This document shows positions 49,446 through 61,637 of a stretch of 64,000 bases of DNA, in pieces. The position numbers and the translations under genes were made by a program. The stretch is from Paragordius varius (Eukaryota; Animalia; Nematomorpha), in NCBI GenBank assembly GCA_964247055.1, contig OZ176050.1, forward strand, positions 1,922,001 through 1,986,000, given 5' to 3'. The notes under the pieces were generated by a model. That model ran no database searches, was not told the origin of the DNA, and saw only the letters and a program-made list of their open reading frames with translations. Numbering within the stretch: position 1 is the stretch's first letter; each line of letters starts with the position of its first letter.

Positions 49446-51561
49446 CAGTGGTACTCACGAAAAAAATTTGACGGGCCAAATAAAATATATATTTTTTTCG
49501 AGGGCCAGAATCTTATAATGGCAAATATTCCATAGCTATTTGACACATATGCACATATTTATACTCTAAATCAGCACAATTAATTTTTTGCGGATCGCAT
49601 GTAAATCCAACAAAAACTCGTTTTGCACCATTTAGTTTAAAAAATTAAATATTTTGATAACAACATTTATTTTGATATTAACCAATAATTTTGGCAAATT
49701 TGGTTTCGCCTCATGACAAACCAATCTTAATACGTCGTCCATATGATTATCGGTTAAGCGATTTCTGTATCTATTCTTGAGATTCCTTATTTTTGAATAT
49801 GCTGTCCACGGGTAACTTGAGAAAAAACAGTTAGCATAACTTGAGCACATTTTTTATATTTTCATATTTTTTTGGCACATCTTGCCAAAACCATACATAT
49901 CTTTCTTCTCTTCGATTCTCCTTATATATAGTCTCCTAATCGGAATCATTTTTTAAAATCTACGAATTCTTCAATGATATGCCCCTGATCAAAACCGAGA
50001 TACTCAAGTTGCTTAATATTGGATATATCCATACCATGGATTTTCCACGAGTTTTAAGCATTTTTAATATTTCTTAGTTCTTCAAATCTGAATTTCATTT
50101 CATTAGATAAAAATGCTAAATGATTGTCTATTTTAAATGTTGGAAAATATAGGAGTGTTTTATTTATAAATTCTTGTTTATATATTATTAATTTCTTGAA
50201 AAGCAAATATTTGATTAGCAAATTGGGTTATTAATTTGCTCCCTTGAAAACTTGTATTACTAAGTCTATAAGTAAATGTCGCAAAGGTAGGCAAAAAACC
50301 CACCATTGGTCACTGTTAATTTCCTCGTCAAACTTTTTGTTATCTTTTATAAATAATACAATCTCATGTCTTAAAACAAAAAATCTATTTAATACTTTGC
50401 TAGGCTTAGCCATCTCACAGCGGTGTACAAAAGAATATCATCAAACTCACTGTGAATATCTTTCAGAAGGTTTAGAATTTACGGCTGCTAAATTCTCTCG
50501 TATGTGGTTAACTATATCCACAGCCGTTTCAATTGAGTGATTCATCTTTTACACGCGAAACCAAGTTTTGCTGTTGAGTAAATATTTTTCAAATTTTTGT
50601 TCAAAAGAGGGATAAATCCTCTGTTTCATAGAAGGACAGCCATCTGCGCAGATCGAAACCAATTTTCATAGATATACCATTATTAACGAAAAAAGTGCTA
50701 CCACTTTCTTTTATTAGTTGGGAATCAGTAAATGGTTTCATATTTTTTCCTAAAATATAACAAATTTCATACGAAGCTAATGTTAAAGCTTTTCCTGGGA
50801 AAAGCTATAAAAATAATAGATTTTCTTTCTGGTATAATTTCTTAATTTTTTATTTTTTTTTCGTTTCTTTCCTCATGATTTTCTGGTAAGTTATGAGAAT
50901 GATGGATTGTAAAATGTCTTTCAATATTGTATTTTTTTATAATTATATTGTCCTTGCATATAAGGCAGGTATCAACATTTTTAGAAACGACAAAGAATTT
51001 TTCTGCCCATTCCTTTTTAAAGAGCGATTTTTATCGGATAATTTACGTTTTTAGCATTAGATGTCATCCTTTAAATTTATATTTAAATATTATGTAAATT
51101 TTTGCAAAAAATAAGAATTTAATTTGAATTAAAAAATAGATACATTTAATGATGTTGATTTGAAAAATATTTTATGGGAGTTATAAAAAATGATGCAGGA
51201 TAGCAATGAAAAGAATATGTATATGCAAGTTTGGGTGAAAAGCTTGCTTAAATACAAAAAAGGAATCCAATAAAAATTTCAAAATAGAAAAAAAAATAGA
51301 ATACAGAAACAGAAGCAACGTGTGCAAAATTTTGAAATCATTTTATGCAGGGAAATTTTTCTATCAAATTGGGTAAAAAATAGAAATTACGAAATAGATC
51401 TAAAGAAAATAAATTAATATTAAAATAAGCGAAAATTCGTTTATGTGTATTTTTAAAAATTCATCAATAAAAAAAATAATTTAATCAATATGGTCATAGG
51501 GCAATTTTAAAGCACTCTTAGGGCCGCATGCGGCCCGCGGGCCGCGGTTTGAGTATCACTG
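49446..51561 (-). mobile_element. Buster-type hAT element, third copy (2116 bp), transposase pseudogene
   Basis: Same TIRs as 4997-7420; perfect 8-bp TSD CTCTAAAG (nnnTAnnn); remnant KPSKVLNRFFVLRHEIVLFI. Confidence 0.92.
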
Positions 51562-52439
51562 CTCTAAAGATTAAAGTATAAATATAGCATACGCATCGTT
51601 ACACAAATTTGACTTTGCCCTAAAAATAACACCCCATTAGCTTTTAGGGTAATTTCATATCCCAGAGCGATATAACTTACAAAGTATTTTAGGTGTTAAA
51701 TCGAATTCAAAAATATGCTTTCTTTAGCTTGGCGTATTTTACAAAAAAATTTAAAAAAGGTAAAATTGTAAAAAATTCTTATCCCAAACTTTTTTAGCGC
51801 CATTTTTTATCACTAATACAACAGGCAAATTAATCTATATTATGGTTAGAATATACATAAATTTACTTTTAAAAACTTTGAGACTACATTTTACCAGCAA
51901 AAACTCGATGATATTAAAGCTGTTAGTTTCGATCGTGTTTTGCAGCTGTCCCGATTTTAAAGTCTAGAATTCACAAAACTGTAGAATATAATTTTGATCT
52001 AATATATGAAATTTTGATGTTAAATTTTAACAAAATAACTTTCAAATTAGTTAATTTAGCCCTAGGATATAAGATAACCCCCTAAAGGTAAACCAGGACA
52101 AAAAAGTGAAAAGTTAATGAAGTGTAAAAATAATCATTTAAAAAATAATTGTAAATGTAGGCTTATATTAAGTGATGCAGTAATCCTTAAAATAATAATT
52201 ATGTGTGTGTTTAGAGGCTAATCGGGTAGCGACTCTTAGCTTTTTCATAAATAAGTGTTTTCCATTCTAGACGATCTTGTCACTTTTAAAGTATTTAGGA
52301 GAGGGTAAGGTTACTAACTTATTTGATAATATCGAATCGCTTTTTAGGGTGGCCTTTTTTGCAAGTCCCATCGATCCACCTAGGGAAAACTGAAGGATGT
52401 GGCCCAAATATTTTATTTGCTTGTAGATTACCAGATCAT

Positions 52440-53120
52440 AAAGTAAAAATTGCAAGTTTATATATGAATTGAAAATCTTTCCAGGCAGAAATTTTCCGGA
52501 TGCCCCACATTCGAAATGATTTGATACGAGCATTGTCAGTTGATTTACAAACCCATGACTCAGATCTGTAAATAGCAACGGGATAAACCATCACTTTTAG
52601 GATGGCTAATTTGGTTAATATTACCGAAGAGTTCCGAATTCTAAACAGATTGCTAATGGTAATACCCCTCAAGCAAACTGTGCTTATATATCGGGATCTG
52701 AAGTGGCGGATGCAATTATTTAATTACTTGCATTAATAGGTTCAGTCGATGTGGTATCTGGGCGTTGAGGATAATTAGTTTAGATTTAGATAGGTTTACC
52801 TTCAGACTTATTAAACTTGCTTCGACTGTAAGTCTATTTAAGATAAAATCATGCCCAGATGAGATTTCGTCAAAAGAACTGTATCATCAGCGTATCGGCA
52901 TACAGTAAGAAAGCCAATGCGCGCTCCAATATGTTGAGGAAATTCACAAAATTACTGTTTCTGTGTCTAAATTAAACAAGAGGGGAGAAAGGACGCATCT
53001 TTGTTTCACACCTCTGAGGATAGGGAATCAGTCGGTGGGACCGTATTGTGTTTTGATCGCAGCTGTTTGCTTAGAATGATTTTACTACTTGGAAAGACGC
53101 AAGAGAAGATTGATAAATAA
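52440..53120 (-). mobile_element. RTE/BovB-like reverse transcriptase remnant
   Basis: QTAAIKTQYGPTD*FPILRGVKQRCVLSPLLFNL, SLISLKVNLSKSKL and KVMVYPVAIYRSESW; heavily frameshifted. Confidence 0.75.
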
Positions 53121-53944
53121 AACAGTAATTAATTGACCCTAGAAGCTTATACACGATTGGAAAATGATCGATGGCAAAATATTTTACAACGAAACTGAGT
53201 ATAGTTTAAATAACGTATCTAGATCCCAACACCGAATCCTGGACACCTATTATATTTACTATAACTTGTGCCTCAGGATCCGATATCGGTATCTTACATA
53301 GGAAGCATTAAATCTCCTAGAACTTTATTTTACATTTCACCCAATTTCCCAAATAAGTTTACGTCTTTGCTTTTAATAATTATGAAAAAAAAAGAAAGTT
53401 GTCAATTTTTTTTATTTATCAGAGATGCATTCTATTGGAGAGATTAGAAAAATATATGAATAAATTCAGTTATAAAATTGCAGATCCCAATGTTATGAAA
53501 ATGCAACAGTCATTTCGGATTTTCATTTTAGGCATTCAACAAAGTTCTCTGGAAAAAAATAAGGAGCATTATTTGTCAACCATGAATTTAGTAGGAGTCA
53601 CGGTAGCAAAACAAGATGCTATTGTAGTCACCTGTTTGCAATTGTTATATTTATCTTTTTTCACGTTCAACTATCAAATGGGACCTATTAAAAAATAAAC
53701 TAAAAAAACTGTTAAGCGTGAGTCTGAACCCGATGGAGCGCTAGAATTCAAGCTGTTAAAGCCATTGTTAAGGGAAATGTTTTGATGAAGCCATTAGAAA
53801 ATATTAGTAAAAATACTTCAAATACTAATGAAACAATTAGAGAGTCATCCGTTTTAACTCAGAGTGTTTATATTATAATTTAATATTAATTTTTTTGGCC
53901 AATTTCTAGTTTTCTCATCCCTTCTAATAAGATTTCAAATGAAA

Positions 53945-54993
53945 TCATTATTTTATTAAGGGGGACCGTTATGTTTGTGTCGCATAAATTTTTTTAGTGA
54001 TATGGTCAGAATTCATTTTCGTTAAATAAGATTTCATAGGGTGGAGTGAAAAAAAGAAACCCTTTAAGTGTTTCCTATGCTCACTTTTTGAAAGAAAGAG
54101 TTTCCTTATAATTTAAATGAATAAAACAACTGATTTACCCTTGAGTTTCCTAAAACAAAACACATGCCTAATAAGTTGTTTTTTCTCTTCCTGGATTTTT
54201 GTTTCCTAATTAAGTAACCGCTGAGTTTAGGCATTGATATTCGATGACAATGAAATTATTTATATAAAATACAAGATTATATTAAGATAAAAACTTGCAT
54301 TGTTGCAGATTTAAATAATTAAATTTGGGTTTAAATATGATTTTAATATAAAAACATATTTATAAATTATAAATATAAGAGATAAGGTTACGTTTAAAAA
54401 GTTAAAATAATTAAATTATGTAAAGGCATTAAAAAAAATAACAATATCGTGTGTGATAAAGAAATGTTTTAGAGAAAAAAATAAGTTTACACATGTTTGA
54501 AGGGAGTGAAAGTTGTTTTTTGCTAATTTTAGCTCTTGGTGTCATTTATATATTTTTTATATAATTTTAGGGCTTATTACATACAGTCATGTATCCTTTA
54601 TTTTATGAAAAATTTACTTTTTTCGTTAAATGATATAAATATTTGGTAAAGAATGGAAAAAACAAGAGTTCTATGGTAATTCTTATAGTTTTTTGATGAA
54701 TAGATATTGTTAATACCATAGAGCTCTTGTTTTTTCCATTCTTTACCAAATATTTATACCCATTTAACGAAAGAAAATAAATTTTTGATAGTTACATGAC
54801 TGTAAATTGCCAAAATTTATATAAAAGATATAATTAAACGCCTTCATTGCACATGTTTGAAAAAATACTTATATGAAAGTTGTTATTTATTTTTACATAA
54901 TTTAAACTTTATATAAAAAATCATAGATAAGCCCCCTGAATAACGGCGATTGGGGCATGATGCACTCCTTTGCCCCTCCTAGGTCCACCACTG
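53945..54993 (+). mobile_element. Non-autonomous DNA element fragment related to 60711-61637 (CAGTGG...CCACTG hAT-like ends)
   Basis: Collinear similarity with ~61000-61637 (e.g. TGAGTTTAGGCATTGATA, CATGATGCAC.CC.TTGCCCC); no TSD found. Confidence 0.6.
54584..54802. mobile_element. 219-bp foldback MITE (Tc1/mariner-type, TA TSD) nested in 53945-54993
   Basis: TA|CAGTCATGTA...TACATGACTG|TA; 45-bp arms at 54634-54678 and 54714-54758 with one mismatch; absent from the related copy at ~61490. Confidence 0.8.
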
Positions 54994-55757
54994 AATAGGA
55001 TCGTTATTACATCCTACTTTTTAGGTTATAAGGTTTAAAAAAATGGCCGTTAAAAATCTTTTTCTTTTCAAAAAGAGAAATACGTCATAACAGGCATTTG
55101 ACTCTCATTAACATGGCACTTAATATAAGTAATAAACATTGCTCTAATCATAACACACACTAAGATTCTGATAAAAAAAGATATATATATATATATATAA
55201 TAAAATATTTTAAGTTTTGTAAGTTCTAGAATTCTTTACAATAATTATATTACAAAAAGCTTTCAATCGATTAATATATAAATTTTGCTGACAAAATATA
55301 GTAAAAACATATTAAAGTTAATTAATTCAACGAAAATTCAATGATTATTTTTCAAAATTTACATTGAAAAATATTTTTTTGTATAAATGCACATAAAAGG
55401 TTATAAAATGCATGTATATATTTGACCCAATATCATAGATATAATTGAGTTAAAAATTGGCCTTAGAACAATATATTTAAGACTTGCCGATGATAATACA
55501 CTGATGTATGCTACAGATTCAATGTTTGAAATTTTGACTAATTGGAGAAAATATTATACTGTATTGGTCTCGAGTAGATCAGTTGAATCCAAAAATTAAT
55601 GTCTTCTTGAAAAATTTTCTTACCTTATGTCAAACAACTGGAAATAGTATATAAATAAATATTGGTTTCGAATAAATTGACAGCGGATCTTACAGACGAA
55701 ATGCTCTAGGGAACAAAAATGCGATTATCAATTTGTAAGTAAATACATTTTAATCAC

Positions 55758-56243
55758 TTTATATGGTTTACATAACTAAATGGTAAAGAAATGATGAATG
55801 TAAATGCTTTTAAGATGTTTTGTTGGAGGATACTACAAAATAATTGCACATAGAATCCAAACAATTGAATATTTTGCATTTTCCTTATGATCTTCCTCAA
55901 AGCCAAGATATTTATATAAACGGTGCGCAACAGGATGTGGGGCCCTAGCCAGCAATTATTTAAATAGGCGTGGAGCAAATTGTCCTGATATGGGAAAGAC
56001 TTTATATGGTTCACATAACTAAATGGTAAAGAAATAATGAATATAAATGCTTTTAAGATGTTTTGTTGGAGGATACTACAAAATAATTGCACATAGAATC
56101 CAAACAATTTAATATTTTGCATTTTCCTTATGATCTTTCTAAAAGCCAAGATATTTTTATAAACGGTGCGCAACAGGATGTGGGGCACTAGCCAGCTATT
56201 TTAAAATATAGGCGCTGAACAAATTGTCCTGATATGGGGAAGA
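55758..56243 (+). repeat. Two-copy tandem repeat, period 243 bp
   Basis: Units start TTTATATGGTT at 55758 and 56001; explains the internally repeated ORF 55754-56188. Confidence 0.9.
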
Positions 56244-58091
56244 TTTAAATATGATGATTCCTTATGCTCTCATTGGGTTTCCAAAAATTTATTCAAAGCA
56301 AAATTATATCTCTATGAGGGTGAACTTTTTAGGGTGTTGAACCCTGCCTATCTGGTAAAAAGCGCTAATTAATTTGTGCCTTACCGGAAATAAGCCCTTA
56401 CTGAATCCATCATGGTCAATAGTGGCGAATTAGAAAGCGGTAGCACCGCTTTTGATGTAAGAAAGATCTAAAAAATTTAAACAAAATCTTTTATTTATAT
56501 TTTCTAAAAACTTTGGAGAAAAATTGATACAAAATTATTTCTGTAGAGTTTTTATGAAAAAATTAGCATTCTCACCCAGTTAAGGATTAATTCAAAAGTC
56601 TCGATTATAGTCGGGCATTTATAGATGATTAATTTTGAGAATAGGCCTCCAGTTGTATCGAAAAATCAATTTTTGGGGACTTGCCGTTATTTTGCACTGG
56701 GTGGGGTTTGATTGAGGGGTTAATTCAAAAAGGTGGCTAGACTATTGTCAGGGCTTTCATAGAGGATAAAAAATTGTATTTTTATATTTGAATGGGTGTA
56801 CAAGTTTGAAAGCAAATTCCCCATATTTTTATGCAAAAGAATTTTAAATAACCAGGTTAAAGATTCATTTCAAACAACAATATGTAAATAGCCATAATTC
56901 ACAAAGTAAAGATTCGACTGTATGTATTTACATATTCATATGCTTTTTTGTATTGATCACTGGGCATTGACTTGGAAGGGGCAGAAAGTGATTAAATGGC
57001 CGAACATATTTTAAATTTTCCACAATCCTAAATTCTAATATAAAAAGTTTGTCAAAAAAATGACACTAGAATCATATTAAAATATTGTTTAATGTTCCAC
57101 CAAAATTAGGAAATAAAAATAAATATAAAAAACCATAAAAGATTTTAATCCCTATTTCAACATACGCTAAAATCAAGGTAACAAATATCGTTAGACATTA
57201 TTCAAAGTCCGAAAATATAGTTCACGCTAGAAAATAAACCATATAGAAGTGCTGTTAAGATCAAATAAATTTCAAACGGATTCATGTAATAAGGTCAATA
57301 TATATTTTACCGATATTTCCAGCATATATAACTTTAATTCGAATGCCAATAACTTAGAATAGTATTCACAAAAAATTAAATTTACATTCGTCACAGAATG
57401 TCGATTTAAAAAGTATGATTTCGAGAAACATTAATCATAAATCTATGTATCAATTTATTTCAAAGATTATAATTGTTATTATTAGTAGAACTGTGTTCAA
57501 AACCATATTAAATATAATCATTATGCGGATTTTTTTGCATCTTTGGCTTTATCATTAATATTTAGGTTAAATTTTTCGTCTGGTTTTATAATATCAATGT
57601 TTCTTATTTCCGGAACTTGTGTATTAACATTGGATTTAATTTGTTGTTCCCAATTTTTTTCTAGTGGCTTGGATGATATAATGGTTTGCAAGGCTATGAT
57701 TAAAACCATATAAAAATACTAAAAAATGGCTCCACAAAAATAAGTTTGGCATTGCTGAGGACGGACAACACATTATATTTGTCCGCGTATAAAATATCAT
57801 TTTATCTGTAGCGTTTAATAATTTTACATATTCATCTACGATTCACGTGTCGAATACGCACATATATGTACCCAATTCATTATTGTTGACCAATCGGTAA
57901 TGCAGTAGCGTGCGATATAAAACAAATTTTGTCCATAATTAAATAAACAAATTGAATGTTGTAAGCTAAATTTTGGTAAATTTCACACATTTATCGTTTT
58001 TAATTCTAAGCTACTGTATTGCCAACTGGTTAAAATAAATGTCAAATGGCCAACATAAATAAGCTTATATATATTCTACAAATGTTTCAAC

Positions 58092-58281
58092 CTGATGGCT
58101 GATCATTGCATATGGACATAAATCTTCCGGCTCGCGTCGGAGTCGGATTTCTAGCTCCATCCCTGACAGACGTGACAGAAACCTCTCCCTTAACATCAAG
58201 CTCAGGTGAATAGATGCTTGTGTTTGAGTTGACTTGGTTTGGCTCATTTTTAATGACATTTAGCTTGGCTTTGGTTGCCAT
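58092..58281 (-). CDS. Possible first exon of an unidentified gene
   Basis: GC-richer than background; MATKAKLNVIKNEPNQVNSNTSIYSPELDVKGEVSVTSVRDGARNPTPTRAGRFMSICNDQPS with a phase-1 G|GT donor. Downstream exons could not be joined convincingly. Confidence 0.35.
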
Positions 58282-58504
58282 ATTATGTGATAAACAATTA
58301 ATGTTAACAATCAATCATTTTTTATAAATATATTTAATAAATTATATTTGTCGCGCAATTTGTTTTTTATCAATTTTTTTATACCTTTTAACTTTTTCAA
58401 AAATCTCTCATTTACTACCAGGTAAGTTATAATTTTTTACCGGTTTTTTTGGTAAAAAAACATGTAATTTGGAAAGAAAATCAATTATTCATAAAAATTA
58501 TACA

Positions 58505-58930
58505 CCGGCTTCTACAAACGCCCATCCATCAGCTAATAAATGAGTACCGTGCATAGAGATGTCTTTTGTAGATACCATTCATCAAATTATTTTCCAACTT
58601 TCGAAATTATTGAAGTGCTGCTCTGCGAAGGTGGCCCCATCGAGGCAAATGTATTAGTCAGATGTCTCCAGTTCGGTTCAGCAGATTCGAAAGAATTTGT
58701 TCCAATCGAAGCGATCAAGACATCTTTTACTGTATTTTGCCGTGGGCGGCGGAACATTGCCATTAGTTAACTCACTTTGCCTATAGTTTATTTTTATTTA
58801 TTGGTATAGCGTTGTGCATAATGGTTTCTCCGGGTTTCAAAAGTTCATATACACATTATCGCTATCCCACAACACATAGACCACGATCTAGCTAAAGCGA
58901 TTTGGCATTGGTATTGATGAACCGGTGTAG
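58505..58930 (-). mobile_element. mariner (Mos1-like) transposase remnant
   Basis: NRFS*IVVYVLWDS, VYELLKPGETI, FASMG, AEQHFNNFES and GTHLLADGW correspond to the Mos1-type catalytic and C-terminal region; multiple frameshifts. Confidence 0.78.
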
Positions 58931-59371
58931 GTGAAAATCAGTAGTGTTTTTATGGTTAACCTTTAGCGTTCATTATTTTATGCAAAACGAATAATTGATT
59001 TCAAACAAGATTAATAATTAATTATTTAATTTAAGATATTTTCAAGAATCAATTTTTTTGCGGGTTCACGGAATTGATGAATAGCATATTTTTCTATGCA
59101 CTGTTTTTAAATATATTAGCGAGCCTTAAAAAAATTATCCTCTTTAATAAATTTAAATAGGTTAAATAGCCCAAATTTATTAACAATTATATCATTCACA
59201 AAGGTTTTAATTACACATTAAATCTAAAAACTTGCAAGTCAAGTTAAAAAAATTTTATCACCCCACCCTTTGTTTGTAATAATAGTGTGATTGTTAATAT
59301 TATAATAATAATTTGAGCCCATTTTTAGGAAGATAACTTACAATTTGAGACCTTATTTGCTAATTTTTTAA

Positions 59372-59941
59372 CACTTGGATACAACACATTTCAGTCTTTC
59401 GATTCAAATTGGGGTAGTACCCCAGGCCTGCTTAAAATTGAATTCTTTAAAAAATATGGAAGAAATCGAAATGGACAATATTTTGCACTTATATAACATT
59501 AATACCCCGAAATATAAATATTTTATTCAAAAATACTTGATATTACTTATTTTAAGCTACAACCCAAAGGTAAAAAAAATGTCGACGTGACCTGACATGT
59601 GTGGATTAATAAGATTGAAAAATAATACAAAATAAACCGCTTTTTCTATTTCTATCAATGTTAGAAGCAATTTAAATAAAAAATTAGCTTTAATTTTACC
59701 ATTAAAATAAATGAAGACCATATTTTGCAAAAATTTTGTATAATAAAAATGGCGTCGATATAGTTTGACATGGAACTTTTTTTAAAAATAAAATTTTATT
59801 TAGATATTTTGACATATTTATATAATTTTTATTAGGATAGAAGCATAAATTGAAATACTTACCGTTTCCTTCAGATATTTTTAAAAATATTGATTTAAAT
59901 TTAGTCTGGGGTATTTAAATACCCCAATTTGAATCGAAGTT
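59372..59941 (-). mobile_element. piggyBac-like MITE, 570 bp
   Basis: TTAA|CACTTGGATACAA...TTGAATCGAAGTT|TTAA. Confidence 0.68.
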
Positions 59942-60710
59942 TTAAAAACACAAATTTTTTTTAATTGAATACCGTTAAATTTCCTCGTGTTAGCAAATTT
60001 TATTTTGGAGGTTATCAAAAATATATTTCGGATATTTTTTAAATAAATTTCCTATATCATTTAATTGTCGAGTTTAGCAAACTAAAATCCTAAAAATAAT
60101 ATCAAATTTATTAAATTTTTTTTCTAGCAATTGATTTTCGCTTTTAAATATTGACATAAAATTTATAAAGGACTTCTAAAATAATATTTTTTGTGTAAAA
60201 TTGTCAAATCTTTGTATTGCCTGTGTACACAAAAATATCATGATGAAATATATATGTCATGGTGCTTTTAGTTTTGGGCTTACGAGTGATACTAGAAATT
60301 TATTCTTTTGTGGTAAATGCTCCATATCAGAAAATGGCAAAATTTGAGCTCATTTTTCGTAATAAAATATTCTATTGAAGCTAAGTGCTTCATACCAAAA
60401 ATTATCACTATATCATTAACTATTTACAAAAAAACAATATTTTTGTACTATTATATTTATACGTGGGCTCGTACCTAAATTTTTTGATCTTCTAAAACGG
60501 GCTAGTTTGTCTAAAATAAACGCAAAATCGCCGGGATTGAGCGATAAAATTTTTAAATATATGAAAGAGATAAAAAATCTTTTTTGAAAATACTTATTTT
60601 TACAATAATTTTATTGAACCTTACTTCATCCTTTTTTAGGCATTGTAAAAACAATTTTTAAAGTTTATCGAATTCGTTTACATATTTATGTCTATTATAA
60701 ATTGTGTTAT

Positions 60711-61637
60711 CAGTGGCGTACCGAGCATTTGCGGCCCCCGGGGTATAAAACTCAGGCGTCCCCCTCCTCTTTTTGAAAGCCAATAAAAATTGAGTAAAAA
60801 AACATTGCAACCTTAACACCATAGATACGACATCACAGTCAAATAAATTTTAAATCTATTAAATATATATATGAAGTATATTTTATAAAGGCGACATCAT
60901 AAAACTATATAGGTATAGCGCTTGAAATTACTAATGGTATATTTGTAGTTTTCTCATCTCTTTTGGATCAATAACTAGGTCCAGGTGTATTTAAGTCATT
61001 ACTATTAAAGGGTGCCGTTTGTTTGTGTCGCATACACTTTTTAAATGTTTTGATCAGATAGTTTTATTCTCTTCCTGGATTTCGTTTCCTATTTGCCTAA
61101 CCACTGAGTTTAGGCATTGATATCTGATGAAAATGAAAGTAATTCATAAAAAATACAAGGTTATATTAATAATAAAAACCTACCTGGTTAGATAAATAAT
61201 ATGATTGGGGATTTAAATGATTAAAATTGGGTTTTGAGATTGAATACAATTAAAATAAATGCAATTATAAATAATAAGAATAAGAGGTAAGGATTTAAAC
61301 AGAGAGAAGAGAGAGAGAAGTTAAAATAATTTAATTAAAGGCAATAAAAGGTTTAACAATATGTGCGTGATAAAGAAACGTTTTTTGAGCGAAAAAAATA
61401 GCACATGTTGAAGGGAATACCTACAAGAAAGTTGTTTTCGCATAATGTTTGCTCTTGATCTGATTTATATAATTTTTATGGGATATTACGTAAATTGCTA
61501 AAAAATCTTACTTGAAATTTCTTATTATTTTTACATAATTTAAATTTAATTCAAAAAAATCATTTAGGTGCCCCTAAATAACAGCGCCGGGGACATGATG
61601 CACCCCCTTGCCCCCCCCCCCCGTCGGTAAGCCACTT
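60711..61637 (+). mobile_element. Non-autonomous hAT-like element, flanked by inverted copies of another repeat (~60230-60560 and ~61640-61990)
   Basis: Ends CAGTGGCGTACC...GGTAAGCCACTT; GC-rich subterminal blocks; flanking repeats share GCTCCATATCAGAAAATGGCAAAATTTGAGC in opposite orientation. Confidence 0.6.

Noticed and set aside
53399-53698. 99-aa ORF as a host exon
   Set aside because: No recognisable motif and no joinable neighbouring exons; it sits between TE remnants.
55754-56188. 144-aa ORF with an internal repeat
   Set aside because: It is a by-product of the 243-bp tandem duplication and has no protein motif.
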